The notes: a model not told the origin generated them from the sequence alone. A stretch of DNA of 64,000 nt from an uncultured Elusimicrobia bacterium (GCA_903879915.1 CAIRNJ010000060.1:12412-76411), one strand, 5' to 3'. Counted from the stretch's first letter, positions 9,020 to 17,889 are shown. Numbers and translations: made by a program.

Positions 9020-9412
9020 CTAAAACCCGACAGCTTCCTGCCGGCCGAGGATCCGCCGCGCCAGCGCCTTCACCCGCGCCACCAGCACTTCGTTGGAGAA
9101 GGGCTTGGACAGGTAGTCGTCGGCCCCGCATTCGTAGCCGGATACCTGGTCCGGCACTTCGGAGCGGATGGTGAGCAGCAGCACGGGCAGACTTTTCAGC
9201 CGCCTGTCCGCCCGTATCCGCGACAGCAGTTCCAGCCCGTCCATCTCCGGCATGTTCACGTCGAGAATGGCGATATCCGCCCCCTCGGCCTTCAGGTGCT
9301 CCCAGGCCGTGAGGCCGTTCTCGTGGGCCGACACCTCGAACCCGGAGTCCTGCAGCACCTCCGCCAGCAGGATCCGGAACAGCTCGTCGTCATCCGCCAT
9401 CAGTATTTTCAT
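9020..9412 (-). CDS. Single-domain (CheY-like) response regulator receiver
   Basis: MKILMADDDELF...ILDVNMPEMDG...LLLT...YLSKPF, with no output domain. Start moved to the ATG at 9410-9412, which is preceded by GGAGAAAAGG. Confidence 0.85.
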   Translation of the reverse strand: MKILMADDDELFRILLAEVLQDSGFEVSAHENGLTAWEHLKAEGADIAILDVNMPEMDGLELLSRIRADRRLKSLPVLLLTIRSEVPDQVSGYECGADDYLSKPFSNEVLVARVKALARRILGRQEAVGF

Positions 9413-9455
9413 AAGACCGCCTTTTCTCCCTGACCCCGCCCCCGCCAAGTCCCCC

Positions 9456-11183
9456 TTACTTCCAGCCCTGCGCGTCCATGAACTGGCGGGTCACGGTATC
9501 GCCGGGGTTGAGCTCCATCACTTTCTCGTACGCTTTCTGCGCTTTCGCTTTGTCGCCCATCATATAGTAGGCGGAGCCCAGGCGGGTCCAGCCCATCGGG
9601 TTGGTCTCGTCGAGCAGCACCACTTCTTCGCACTCTTTGGCCGCCATGTCGAACTGCTGGATGTAGAAGCCTTTGGCGGCTTTTTTCAGTTTCTCGTTGA
9701 CCATCGCGGCCTTGGGCATTATCTCGTCGCGGCGCACGGTGCCGCGGGTCAGGTCGGCGATGGTGTAGAGCATCTCTTCGAACATCGCGTCGCCGCGGGG
9801 ATTGGCGCCCAGGGCGGCGTGCGCCAGCAGGAAGGATTTAAGCTCGTTGCCTTCGATGTAGGAGACGACGGCTTCGTGAGCGGTGTTCGACTGCTCGCTG
9901 TCGTTCTGGAGGGTCTTTACCCTGGCAGGGGTCGCCTTGAGCTGCAGGCGGGCGCTGAGAGTGGAGAGCCTGGCCGCTTTCTCGCCCCACGCGCCGGCTT
10001 TGAGCTGGGGCTCCAGGTTGAAGGCCTTGTCCAGGTTCTCTACGGCGGAAGTGTACTGGCGGGCATCGATGCTCTTGCGGGCCAGTTCGACGTAGTCGGC
10101 GGCGTAGGTCTTAAGGGCTTCGATCTGATCTTTCGGGGCCATCAGCTTCGCTTTGCCTACCCGGGCGGTGGCGCCGGCCAGGGGCTGTTTGGCGCGGGAA
10201 GAGCCGAAGCGCATCGTCACGCCGACTTTCTGCATCATCCCGAGCTCGCCGAACGGCGACATTGAATAGTCCAGGTCCATGAACGAAAGGCGGAAGCCGA
10301 CGCCGACCCGCAGGCCGGTGCCGATCGACTGCCCGCTGACGTAGCCGGCGCGCAGAGAAAGCAGCTGGAACATGAAGTACTCGGCCCCGAGGTTCGCTTT
10401 ATATTTATCATCATTCGAAACGGTCTGGTCAAGGGAGACGGTAAGCGTGTGCGCGCCGGCGGGATGGGAGATCCAGGCCAGGCCCAGCGTCTCGGACTGG
10501 GGAAGGGGGAAGGCCAGCCTGTCGAATTTCAGGCTGCCGCCCAGGTTCTTCACGGACAGGCCCACGCGGAATTCCTGGGCGGGGATCTTGCTCATCCAGT
10601 ATTTGGCGGGGCGGATGTGGTAGATGGCGCCCAGGTCCAGGGCCAGCGTGTCGGCGGTGGCGGTATCGAGGCGCTCGGATACGCTCTTCAGGCTCACGCC
10701 GACGTTCAGCACGGGACGGTCGATCTCGTCTTTAATAAACGTGCGCGCGTAAGAGCCGGCGATGGCCATGTCGGCAGCGTCTATCTTGCGGGTGGTGTCG
10801 CCGCTCGCGTCGTAACCCTGGAAAGGCGCCACGCTCTGGCGGGTGATGCTCACGCCGAAGGTGGAGCCGTAGCGGACGGGAAAGGCGAAGGAAGCGTACT
10901 GGTTGGTGACGTCCTCGAACGACGCGGTGTGCGTGGCGGCGAGCTCGGTAACTTCAATGCTCGCGAGCCCGGCGGGATTGGCCCAGGCGGAGTAAGCGTC
11001 CTGCGTGACGGCGGTGCAGGCTTCGCCCATCCCGGTGGCGCGGGGGCTGGGGTTGAATTTAACAAAAGCGCCCGACGTGGTGCCGGCCTCGCCAGCGACG
11101 GAGGGAACGACAAAAAAACCCAGACCGCAGACCAGAAGGTTTGCGGTTGCGAAGAAGAGTTTTCTGAAGTTCGCGGGTTTCAT
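9456..11183 (-). CDS. PorV/PorQ-family-like outer-membrane beta-barrel fused to a C-terminal TPR domain
   Basis: Signal peptide, then GAFVKFNPSPRATGMGEACTAVTQDAYSAWANPAGLA (the PorV/UPF0164-type N-terminal motif) and alternating beta-strand sequence. The last ~200 aa are helical TPR-like (AYYMMGDKAKAQKAYEKVMELNP). Confidence 0.5.
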   Translation of the reverse strand: MKPANFRKLFFATANLLVCGLGFFVVPSVAGEAGTTSGAFVKFNPSPRATGMGEACTAVTQDAYSAWANPAGLASIEVTELAATHTASFEDVTNQYASFAFPVRYGSTFGVSITRQSVAPFQGYDASGDTTRKIDAADMAIAGSYARTFIKDEIDRPVLNVGVSLKSVSERLDTATADTLALDLGAIYHIRPAKYWMSKIPAQEFRVGLSVKNLGGSLKFDRLAFPLPQSETLGLAWISHPAGAHTLTVSLDQTVSNDDKYKANLGAEYFMFQLLSLRAGYVSGQSIGTGLRVGVGFRLSFMDLDYSMSPFGELGMMQKVGVTMRFGSSRAKQPLAGATARVGKAKLMAPKDQIEALKTYAADYVELARKSIDARQYTSAVENLDKAFNLEPQLKAGAWGEKAARLSTLSARLQLKATPARVKTLQNDSEQSNTAHEAVVSYIEGNELKSFLLAHAALGANPRGDAMFEEMLYTIADLTRGTVRRDEIMPKAAMVNEKLKKAAKGFYIQQFDMAAKECEEVVLLDETNPMGWTRLGSAYYMMGDKAKAQKAYEKVMELNPGDTVTRQFMDAQGWK

Positions 11184-11566
11184 AATCTTTACATATATAG
11201 TCTACGAGGAAAGAAAACGTGAATCCCGAAGAAACTCCGAAGTCAATAAAATTCATTTTTTCATAGTAAGACCGGCTTATTTTTTGTTTATCGGGGACAA
11301 CGCGTTTCAACCGTTTTTTAGACATAAAAATACCCCAAAAAAACGCGCTTTTTGGGTCAATATAGGCGCTTTCAGGCTGAAAGCCGTCTTATATGCGAAT
11401 TTTTAAAAATCGGCTAAAAAGCCGCTAAATGACAAAAAAAACCTAAAAACGCTGCTCAAAGCGCTTTCAGGCGAATAAACACAAAATAGGCTTATTTTTT
11501 AAATACTTTTGGACAAATCCACCCCAAAAAAGTCCGAAACCCAATATTCAGTTCCAGGGGAGCATT

Positions 11567-11586
11567 TAATTTAGGGGACAGTATAT
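11567..11586. repeat. Left inverted repeat flanking the transposase gene
   Basis: See the mobile_element entry. Ends 5 nt before the transposase stop codon. Confidence 0.7.
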
Positions 11587-11591
11587 CTAAT

Positions 11592-12302
11592 TCAGTTATC
11601 AGCGTCTTCCGTAGAAACTTCAGGTTTGGGAGAAACATCCTTTTTATGCGGGCCGGGCTTATTCTTTATCAGTTTCCGGATCGGGATCCCGGAAACTGCT
11701 TCTATCGTTTTCAGAAATTCCTCCCCCCCCATGGGCCTTCCGGTAGAGGAATGAGAGTGAAGACCGGTGGCCGTCTCTTTCGGGTCCGCCCCGGAAAGGA
11801 ATTCGCGCCAATTACTTATGATCTGTCCAACCCCGGAAACTTTAACCAGCTCGTCGTTCCTGTTGCGCATATGCGCTTTCGCGCTGCTCCATTTATAATC
11901 CTCGGCTTTTTTTACAAGCTTTGCCCGGACAGGGTTCATCTCGATGTAACGAGTTGCGGCGAGAAGGTAGCGTTCTTCCATCGGGAACGACGAGAATCTT
12001 TCCTGCCAGAGATGTCCTTTCCACCCCTCCCGCAAATTCACTCTGAGCGTATAGCGCCGGTGAGCCTCGCCGATCGCCCGGCACAAACCTTTCGTGTCGT
12101 GCGGAACGGCTACCAGATGCACATGATTCGGCATCAGGCAGTATGCCCAGATCTCTACCTTGTAATGCGCGCACCATTCACCCATCAATTTTATATACGT
12201 CCGGTAATCGTCCTCTGTAAAAAAAACCGGCTGGCGCCTGTTACCTCTTTGGGTAACATGGTGAGGATATCCGGGAACAACAATTCGCGCAAGTCTTGCC
12301 AT
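11592..12302 (-). CDS. REP-associated / IS200-like HUH tyrosine transposase (RayT family)
   Basis: MARLARIVVPGYPHHVTQRGNRRQPVFF...AYCLMPNHVHLVAVP (HUH motif HVH)...RYIEMNPVRAKLV (catalytic Tyr region). Confidence 0.85.
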   Translation of the reverse strand: MARLARIVVPGYPHHVTQRGNRRQPVFFTEDDYRTYIKLMGEWCAHYKVEIWAYCLMPNHVHLVAVPHDTKGLCRAIGEAHRRYTLRVNLREGWKGHLWQERFSSFPMEERYLLAATRYIEMNPVRAKLVKKAEDYKWSSAKAHMRNRNDELVKVSGVGQIISNWREFLSGADPKETATGLHSHSSTGRPMGGEEFLKTIEAVSGIPIRKLIKNKPGPHKKDVSPKPEVSTEDADN

Positions 12303-12385
12303 AGTTAAACCTTCGTATTAAACGGTAATTTTTATCGATACGGGCACATTCAAGGCTGCAGATATTATAGCAAATGCGGAATTAA

Positions 12386-12405
12386 ATATGCTGTCCCCTT
12401 AATTA
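12386..12405. repeat. Right inverted repeat flanking the transposase gene
   Basis: See the mobile_element entry. Begins 83 nt upstream of the transposase start. Confidence 0.7.
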
Positions 12406-12453
12406 TTGTCTATTTTTAGTGATGTTTTTGCTATACTGGTGGGTAGGAGAGAC

Positions 12454-13368
12454 ATGTACACCCGTATAGACATCAAAATAACGTTCAGGTGCAACAATAA
12501 ATGCGATTTCTGCGCTCAGGGGCATAAACGGGATATATGCACCGACCGCACCCCGCAGCGCGTCTATGCCGACCTGGCGGCCGCCTATAAGCGCGGGGCC
12601 CGGGGCGTGGTCTTTACAGGCGGAGAGCCCACCATGCACCCCTCCGTGGTAGATTTCGTGGCCCGGGCTAAGAAATTGGGCTACCAGAAGATACAACTGC
12701 AGACAAACGGGCGCACCTTCGCCTACCCCAGCCTGCTGGAGCGGCTTAGAAAGGCCGGAGCCAATGAAATGGGGCCTTCGCTGCACGGGGCGAAAGCCGA
12801 GACCCATGACGGCCTTACGCACGCCCCCGGGAGCTTCCTGCAGACGGTCTCCGGCATAAGGAACGCCGCCCGGATGGGCTTTAACGTTATAACCAACACG
12901 GTCATAACCTCCGCCAATTACAGGGAACTTCCTGCCCTGGCGGGAATACTCGTTAAATTGGGCGTTACGCAGTACCAGTTCGCTTTCGTCCACATCATAG
13001 GTTCGGCCCTGGAAAACAAGAAATGGATAGTGCCGAAAAAGACGGAGATCATGCCCTGGGTGAAGAAAGGCCTCGATGCCGGGATCAAAAGCGGGATCGC
13101 CTGTTACACAGAAGCCATTCCGTTCTGCCTGATGCAGGGCTACGAGAACTGCGTGGCGGAACGGATAATCCCGGAAGGCCCGGTGGCGGACGGCGACAAA
13201 TTCATAGAGAACTACGGCGACTACCGCCGCAACGAGGGCAAGACCAAAGGCCCGCGCTGCCGGACCTGTAAATATTTCAAGATCTGCGAAGGCCCGTGGC
13301 GGGAATATCCTGAAATTTACGGGTGGAAGGAATTCCGCCCGGTCCTGGATAAACCCGGGAGCCGCTGA
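12454..13368 (+). CDS. Radical SAM protein with Cys-rich SPASM/twitch-like C-terminus
   Basis: CNNKCDFC (CX3CX2C) near the N-terminus, GGEPTMHP, and C-terminal CRTCKYFKICEG. Start moved to the ATG at 12454, preceded by GGAGAG. Confidence 0.85.
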   Translation: MYTRIDIKITFRCNNKCDFCAQGHKRDICTDRTPQRVYADLAAAYKRGARGVVFTGGEPTMHPSVVDFVARAKKLGYQKIQLQTNGRTFAYPSLLERLRKAGANEMGPSLHGAKAETHDGLTHAPGSFLQTVSGIRNAARMGFNVITNTVITSANYRELPALAGILVKLGVTQYQFAFVHIIGSALENKKWIVPKKTEIMPWVKKGLDAGIKSGIACYTEAIPFCLMQGYENCVAERIIPEGPVADGDKFIENYGDYRRNEGKTKGPRCRTCKYFKICEGPWREYPEIYGWKEFRPVLDKPGSR

Positions 13369-14675
13369 TGCCCCGCACAGTCACGAAACTTCTGGAACCT
13401 CTGCCAGGCATAAGAACGCTGGTCAGCGCAGCGGACAGGACCATCAAGATCTCCGTTTCCCCGGACAAGGCCGACCTTCCGGCCGCCCGCGCTTTTCTTT
13501 ACCGCGCGCTCAACGCGTACGAAAATAAATTCACCGTTCTCATCGAAGGCGTGCCGTTCTGTTTCCTGCCCGACGCTTACGACCATATCCTCCCCCCCCG
13601 CCGCTCCGGGAAGAACGTTTTCCCGGCCATCTGTAAGAAATGCCGCCTGAGGCCCGTCTGTCCCGGCCTGCGGCCGGGCCCGGTCCTTTCCGGCGCGGCG
13701 CAGCTCCTTAGGCCGGTCCTTGCAACGCCCAACGAACTGGTCATCGAGGTCAACCGCCGCTGCAACCTCGCCTGCGCCGTCTGCTCGGCGCGCGGCCTGG
13801 AAGAGGAACTGTCTTTCGGCGCGATGCAGGCCCACATGCGGAAGGCGCGCCGGCTGGGCATAAAAGATATCCGCTTTACCGGCGGAGAGCCGTTCCTCCA
13901 CCCGCGGATAGTAAAAACGCTGGCCGCCGCGAAAAAGGCCGGGTTTCACGTACTGGTCAACACCAACGCGACCTTACTGAGCCCGGCGCTGATAGAGCGC
14001 ATCGCCCCTTTAACGGACAACATACTGGTCTCGCTGCAGGGCCGCGACGAGCGAAGCGAAGCGGAGGCTACCGGCACTCCCGGCCTGTTCACGAAGAAGC
14101 TCGCCAATATCCGGGCGCTCAGGCGCGCCGGCATTCCGGTACTGCGGCTTGGGACCGTTATCTCCGGGGACCTGCTGGAGAATTTTGAAAAATATCTGCG
14201 GCTGGCGAAAGAGCTGGACGCCGACATCTGGGAGCTGTACCGCCCCATGCTGTCCGCCGGCAAAGGCCCGGCCGAGACCGTGACCCCCGCGGCGCTGCGC
14301 CGCCTGGCGCGGCGGCTAGAGGCCGGGCTCGGAGGCAGGCCACGCGTACTTTTCGCGAACCCGCTGCCGCTCTGCGTTTTCAAGAAAAGTCAGGCCCCCT
14401 TATTCCTGGGCGCGCGTTTCGACGACGGGCACACCCGGCTGGTACTGGACCCGCGCGGCTTTTACAAGCCGAGCTATTACATTCAGGAAAACCTGGGAAC
14501 GGACCTCCTGGCGGCCTGGAACGGCCGTTTTTTGAAAAAGATGCGCGCACTGGCTTATCTCGGAAAGAAATGTTCAAACTGCCCGCTGCGCCTGCGCTGC
14601 CTGGGAGGCAGCCGTTTTCTGGCGCGGGCCGTGCGCGGCAGTTATTTCAAGCCCGACCCCTGGCTGGCCGGCTGA
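13368..14675 (+). CDS. Radical SAM/SPASM protein with an extra N-terminal Cys-rich domain
   Basis: CNLACAVC (CX3CX2C), GGEPFLHP, and C-terminal CSNCPLRLRCLGG. N-terminal ~110 aa contain FCFLPDAYDHI...CKKCRLRPVCPG. Start overlaps the upstream stop (TGATG). Confidence 0.85.
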   Translation: MPRTVTKLLEPLPGIRTLVSAADRTIKISVSPDKADLPAARAFLYRALNAYENKFTVLIEGVPFCFLPDAYDHILPPRRSGKNVFPAICKKCRLRPVCPGLRPGPVLSGAAQLLRPVLATPNELVIEVNRRCNLACAVCSARGLEEELSFGAMQAHMRKARRLGIKDIRFTGGEPFLHPRIVKTLAAAKKAGFHVLVNTNATLLSPALIERIAPLTDNILVSLQGRDERSEAEATGTPGLFTKKLANIRALRRAGIPVLRLGTVISGDLLENFEKYLRLAKELDADIWELYRPMLSAGKGPAETVTPAALRRLARRLEAGLGGRPRVLFANPLPLCVFKKSQAPLFLGARFDDGHTRLVLDPRGFYKPSYYIQENLGTDLLAAWNGRFLKKMRALAYLGKKCSNCPLRLRCLGGSRFLARAVRGSYFKPDPWLAG

Positions 14676-14678
14676 AGG

Positions 14679-16508
14679 TCACTTCACGCCGGCAGTTTCC
14701 AGTGCCCGCGCTTCCTCGAGCCGCGGCCAGGAGGCCGGCGCGGTCTTTATGGTCCAGAGCAGCGTTTCCCTGGCCTCCTCTGCGCGCCCCAGCGCTTTCA
14801 GCAATTTATAACTTTCAAGCGAGGCGTCCAACCCCGTGAACGCAGCGCCTTCGACACCCGTATAATCGGCATAGGCCGCGCTTTGGCAGGCGGAGAGGGC
14901 TTCTTCTTTTTTATTCGCGGTGGCCAGGCGCATACACTTCTCTATAAGTGTTTCGGGCCTGGGGCGGGCGTGTTCCTCTACCAGGCGGGAAACTTTCCGT
15001 ATAACTTCAGCCGGCACGCCGTAGGACGAAAGTTTTTTAAGGATTTCTACCTGCTGCGCGCGCGAAAGGCTGTATTCCCCGCGGTGGAACCAGCCCAGCC
15101 CGAGCTCCCCCAGCCATTCAATGTTCTTTTCGTCGGAAAGCAGCTCGCTGTGCATGGCCGCTTCGGTCAGCCCGAGGGCCAGCCAGGCCGAAAAATTTTC
15201 CGGCTCCAGGGAAATGGCCTTCCGGAAACACGCGCGCGCCATTGTCAGCCTTTGCCCGGGCCAGACATGCCGCACGGCCACGTTGAACAGCCACCGGCCG
15301 CTGGTAAGCAGGGCGTTCGCCTGCTTGTCGCTGCCGTAGGAAAAAGCCCGGAACACGTCTTGCGGCCCCGAGAACCGCTTCAGCAGGGGCTCGTGAAAGC
15401 GCCCGGATATCTGTTCCGCGTACGCTTCGGCCAGCAGGATATAGCCGCTGAGGTTCGGATGGTGCCCGTCGGCGAAAAGGCCGCTGCCTACCAGCCCGTG
15501 CGGGGAGTTCGCTTCAAAAAGTTTCACGGCGTCTACCAGCGGCACGGAATATCTCCGGGCCAGGGCGCGGATGTAATCGTTCTGCAGACCCGTGGCCCGG
15601 TTGAAGTTATCCAGGGCGCCAAGGTCGGCGGCTTCCCTGTAGCTGCGCGCCGCGCTTTCATACCGGCCCAGCGCCCGGTAACAGCAGCCGCGGCGGTAGG
15701 TCAGGTACGCGCGCATCGCCGGATGCGCCGCGGCCTGCCCGGCATAATAGGCGATCGCGTCCGCCGCGCGCCCGTTATCTTCGAGCGCCTGCCCTTGCGC
15801 CAGCACCGCCCGCATCTGCTCGGCGCTCATATCCGGCTGCGGCAACAGCCCCGGGTCCATATCGGAAATATTCGTGGGGATAGTGGTAAGTACGGGCGTC
15901 AGGCCGCTCTTCAGGCTCAGCTCGACGATGCGGCGCAGGTGGTATTCATAAGTATCCAGGGTGCGCACCCTCAGGGGGCGGAACCGTTTTTCCGCGTAGA
16001 AGAGCAGGTCGCCGAGCAGCATTGACCGGGACAGGACGTTCTCCCGCAGCCATTCCAGGGCCGGCAGCCCGCGCATGTTGCCGGCGTCGCTGTTGCCCGT
16101 ATAAACAAGCACCGCGCCGGGGTTGTCCCGGTTCCGGGTCCGGAGCGCCTGTTCGAGCGCCACCGCCTGCGGGTAAACGGATTCGCCGCGCCGGGCGAAG
16201 TTGAATTCACGGATAGGCCGGTCCTGCAGCCTGCCCCCGAACAGCCGCGACACCATCGCGGGCGGCGTGATGCCCGGATCGTACGGCTCTCCCGCCGCCA
16301 CGGATTCCCCCACCATGTAAAGCGCGAAATAGCCGCTTTTGCCGGCGGCCGCGGAGTGCGCGCGTTTGTACGCCCAGAAAGCCCGGTACAGCAGTTCCGA
16401 AGCGAGCAGCAGGCCGAGTACGGCTATAAAACCGGCGGCAAAAAGCCTGCGCCGGCGCGCCGGGTCCGGAGCTAAGATCGGGCTTTTCTCTCTTTCAGGC
16501 ATAATCAA
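14679..16508 (-). CDS. Membrane-anchored SGNH/GDSL-like domain plus TPR-repeat protein
   Basis: N-terminal TM segment, LYMVGESVAAGEP (GxS block I-like), and multiple TPR-like helices. C-terminal ~45 aa closely match the ORF at 58681-60723. Confidence 0.55.
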   Translation of the reverse strand: MIMPEREKSPILAPDPARRRRLFAAGFIAVLGLLLASELLYRAFWAYKRAHSAAAGKSGYFALYMVGESVAAGEPYDPGITPPAMVSRLFGGRLQDRPIREFNFARRGESVYPQAVALEQALRTRNRDNPGAVLVYTGNSDAGNMRGLPALEWLRENVLSRSMLLGDLLFYAEKRFRPLRVRTLDTYEYHLRRIVELSLKSGLTPVLTTIPTNISDMDPGLLPQPDMSAEQMRAVLAQGQALEDNGRAADAIAYYAGQAAAHPAMRAYLTYRRGCCYRALGRYESAARSYREAADLGALDNFNRATGLQNDYIRALARRYSVPLVDAVKLFEANSPHGLVGSGLFADGHHPNLSGYILLAEAYAEQISGRFHEPLLKRFSGPQDVFRAFSYGSDKQANALLTSGRWLFNVAVRHVWPGQRLTMARACFRKAISLEPENFSAWLALGLTEAAMHSELLSDEKNIEWLGELGLGWFHRGEYSLSRAQQVEILKKLSSYGVPAEVIRKVSRLVEEHARPRPETLIEKCMRLATANKKEEALSACQSAAYADYTGVEGAAFTGLDASLESYKLLKALGRAEEARETLLWTIKTAPASWPRLEEARALETAGVK

Positions 16509-16533
16509 AATCTATGCGGTCGATATTTTCGCG

Positions 16534-17889
16534 TCAGGACCGGCGGGCCTTCCGGATGCCGCGGATCTTATCGGCGAAAAGTTTTTCCAGCGCAGCGTAG
16601 GAGGAAAGGATGTCCTGGCCGTCCACGCCGCAGAAATGCCTGCGCCAATCGTCGTAGAACCCGCTGTCGCCCGGCAGGTCGGAGCCGCGATACTTGGGCT
16701 CCTTCGCAAGGAAACGGCGGCGCACCTCCGTTCCCGGCAGGACGGAAAAAACAGCGAGGCGCACCATTTTCCAGCTTATCTCCGGCAGTTCAAGCTTTTT
16801 CATTTCAGCCAGGGTCCCGGCCAGGGTCGCGCGCGTTTCCCCCGGCAGGCCCAGTATGAGGTTTACGATGGGGACCAGTCCGGCCCCGGCCGTCAGGGCG
16901 ATGGCGCGCCTGTTCAAAGCCACGCTGGCCCCTTTCCCCACGCCGCGCAGCACGGCGTCAGACATGGATTCAATACCCAGGCTGATATAGTTGGCGCGCA
17001 CCGCTTTAAGCAAGGCTATCACGCGCGGAGTCAGAGAAGAAGCGCGGGCAAAGATCTTAAGCACCGGAGTTTTTTTCCCGGCCGCCGCGGCCGCGAACCG
17101 CTCCAGCCAGGCGGCGTCGGCTGGAAAATCGTCGCTGCACTCGTAAACGTGCCTGACGCCCAGCTTGCCGTAAAGATGCGCCAGCTGCGCGGCCGCGGTT
17201 TCCGGGGGCAGGGCGCGCAGCCCTTTCGCCTGTATGCCGCAGAAGGTGCAGCGCCCGGCCCCCTCAGCCCATTTACAGCCGCGCTGGGAGGCGAACGAGA
17301 CCATGCGCCGGGAGTGCGCGGGCTGCAGGCGGAAATACGCGCCGAGGTCCGCCAGCGTATAATCTACGGGCGGCAGCCGCGCCAGGTCCAGGTTTTCCGA
17401 CGGGTTCTCTACAACTTTCCCGCGCGGGTCCTGGTAGATGAGGTTCTTTATGCTTTTATAAGCCGCGCCGCGGGCCAGTTCGCAGATGGCTTTTTCGCCG
17501 TCGTAGCGCACGATGGCGTCCACGCAATGGTCCCGGGAGCCGCGGCCCCGGTTGGCGAAGATCTCGTCCTTGAGCACCGGCGCGTAATGCCCGCCCAGCA
17601 CCACCACGGCGCCGTTCCTGTGCACCAGGCGCGCGGCTTCGAGCACCCTTTCGTAAGTACGCATCACCGGGCTGAAACCGGCCAAGTCATACCGCTCCGA
17701 CGCCAACTTTTTCAGAAAACGCGCGCGGCCCAGCACCTGTTCGTCGAGGATATCTACTTTTACGGAGGGAAGGGTCTCGCGCAGATAAGTGGCCAGCGAC
17801 AGCGCCCACAGCGGGGGCATGATCTCGAGCCACCGCTCCGTGCAGGGATTGTCTTCTGGCAGCGCCCGGTAGATGAGAGCTATCTTCAT
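16534..17889 (-). CDS. B12-binding-domain radical SAM protein with an expanded Cys motif (CX8CX2C)
   Basis: N-terminal Rossmann-like B12 domain (YDLAGFSP...VVVLGGHYAPV), then SQRGCKWAEGAGRCTFCGI. Confidence 0.75.
   Translation of the reverse strand: MKIALIYRALPEDNPCTERWLEIMPPLWALSLATYLRETLPSVKVDILDEQVLGRARFLKKLASERYDLAGFSPVMRTYERVLEAARLVHRNGAVVVLGGHYAPVLKDEIFANRGRGSRDHCVDAIVRYDGEKAICELARGAAYKSIKNLIYQDPRGKVVENPSENLDLARLPPVDYTLADLGAYFRLQPAHSRRMVSFASQRGCKWAEGAGRCTFCGIQAKGLRALPPETAAAQLAHLYGKLGVRHVYECSDDFPADAAWLERFAAAAAGKKTPVLKIFARASSLTPRVIALLKAVRANYISLGIESMSDAVLRGVGKGASVALNRRAIALTAGAGLVPIVNLILGLPGETRATLAGTLAEMKKLELPEISWKMVRLAVFSVLPGTEVRRRFLAKEPKYRGSDLPGDSGFYDDWRRHFCGVDGQDILSSYAALEKLFADKIRGIRKARRS

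Larger units (their letters stand above)
11567..12405 (-). mobile_element. REPtron-like unit: RayT/IS200-like Y1 transposase gene bracketed by imperfect 20-nt inverted repeats
   Basis: taatttaggggacagtatat (11567-11586) matches the reverse complement of atatgctgtccccttaatta (12386-12405) at 18 of 20 positions (my alignment). The unit sits in a visibly AT-rich island. Confidence 0.6.

Noticed and set aside
11005-11406. ORFs of 133 aa (+) and 88 aa (11059-11325, -) in the AT-rich spacer
   Set aside because: They overlap the start of the PorV-like gene, run through low-complexity AT-rich DNA, and have no RBS or recognisable features.
12454-14675. The two SPASM-type radical SAM proteins as anaerobic sulfatase-maturating enzymes for the six sulfatase-fold proteins
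   Set aside because: None of the sulfatase-fold paralogues has the C/S-x-P/A-x-R formylglycine motif (they read T-L-P-S-F and similar). There is therefore no anSME substrate site, and the genes lie 15 kb or more apart on opposite strands.
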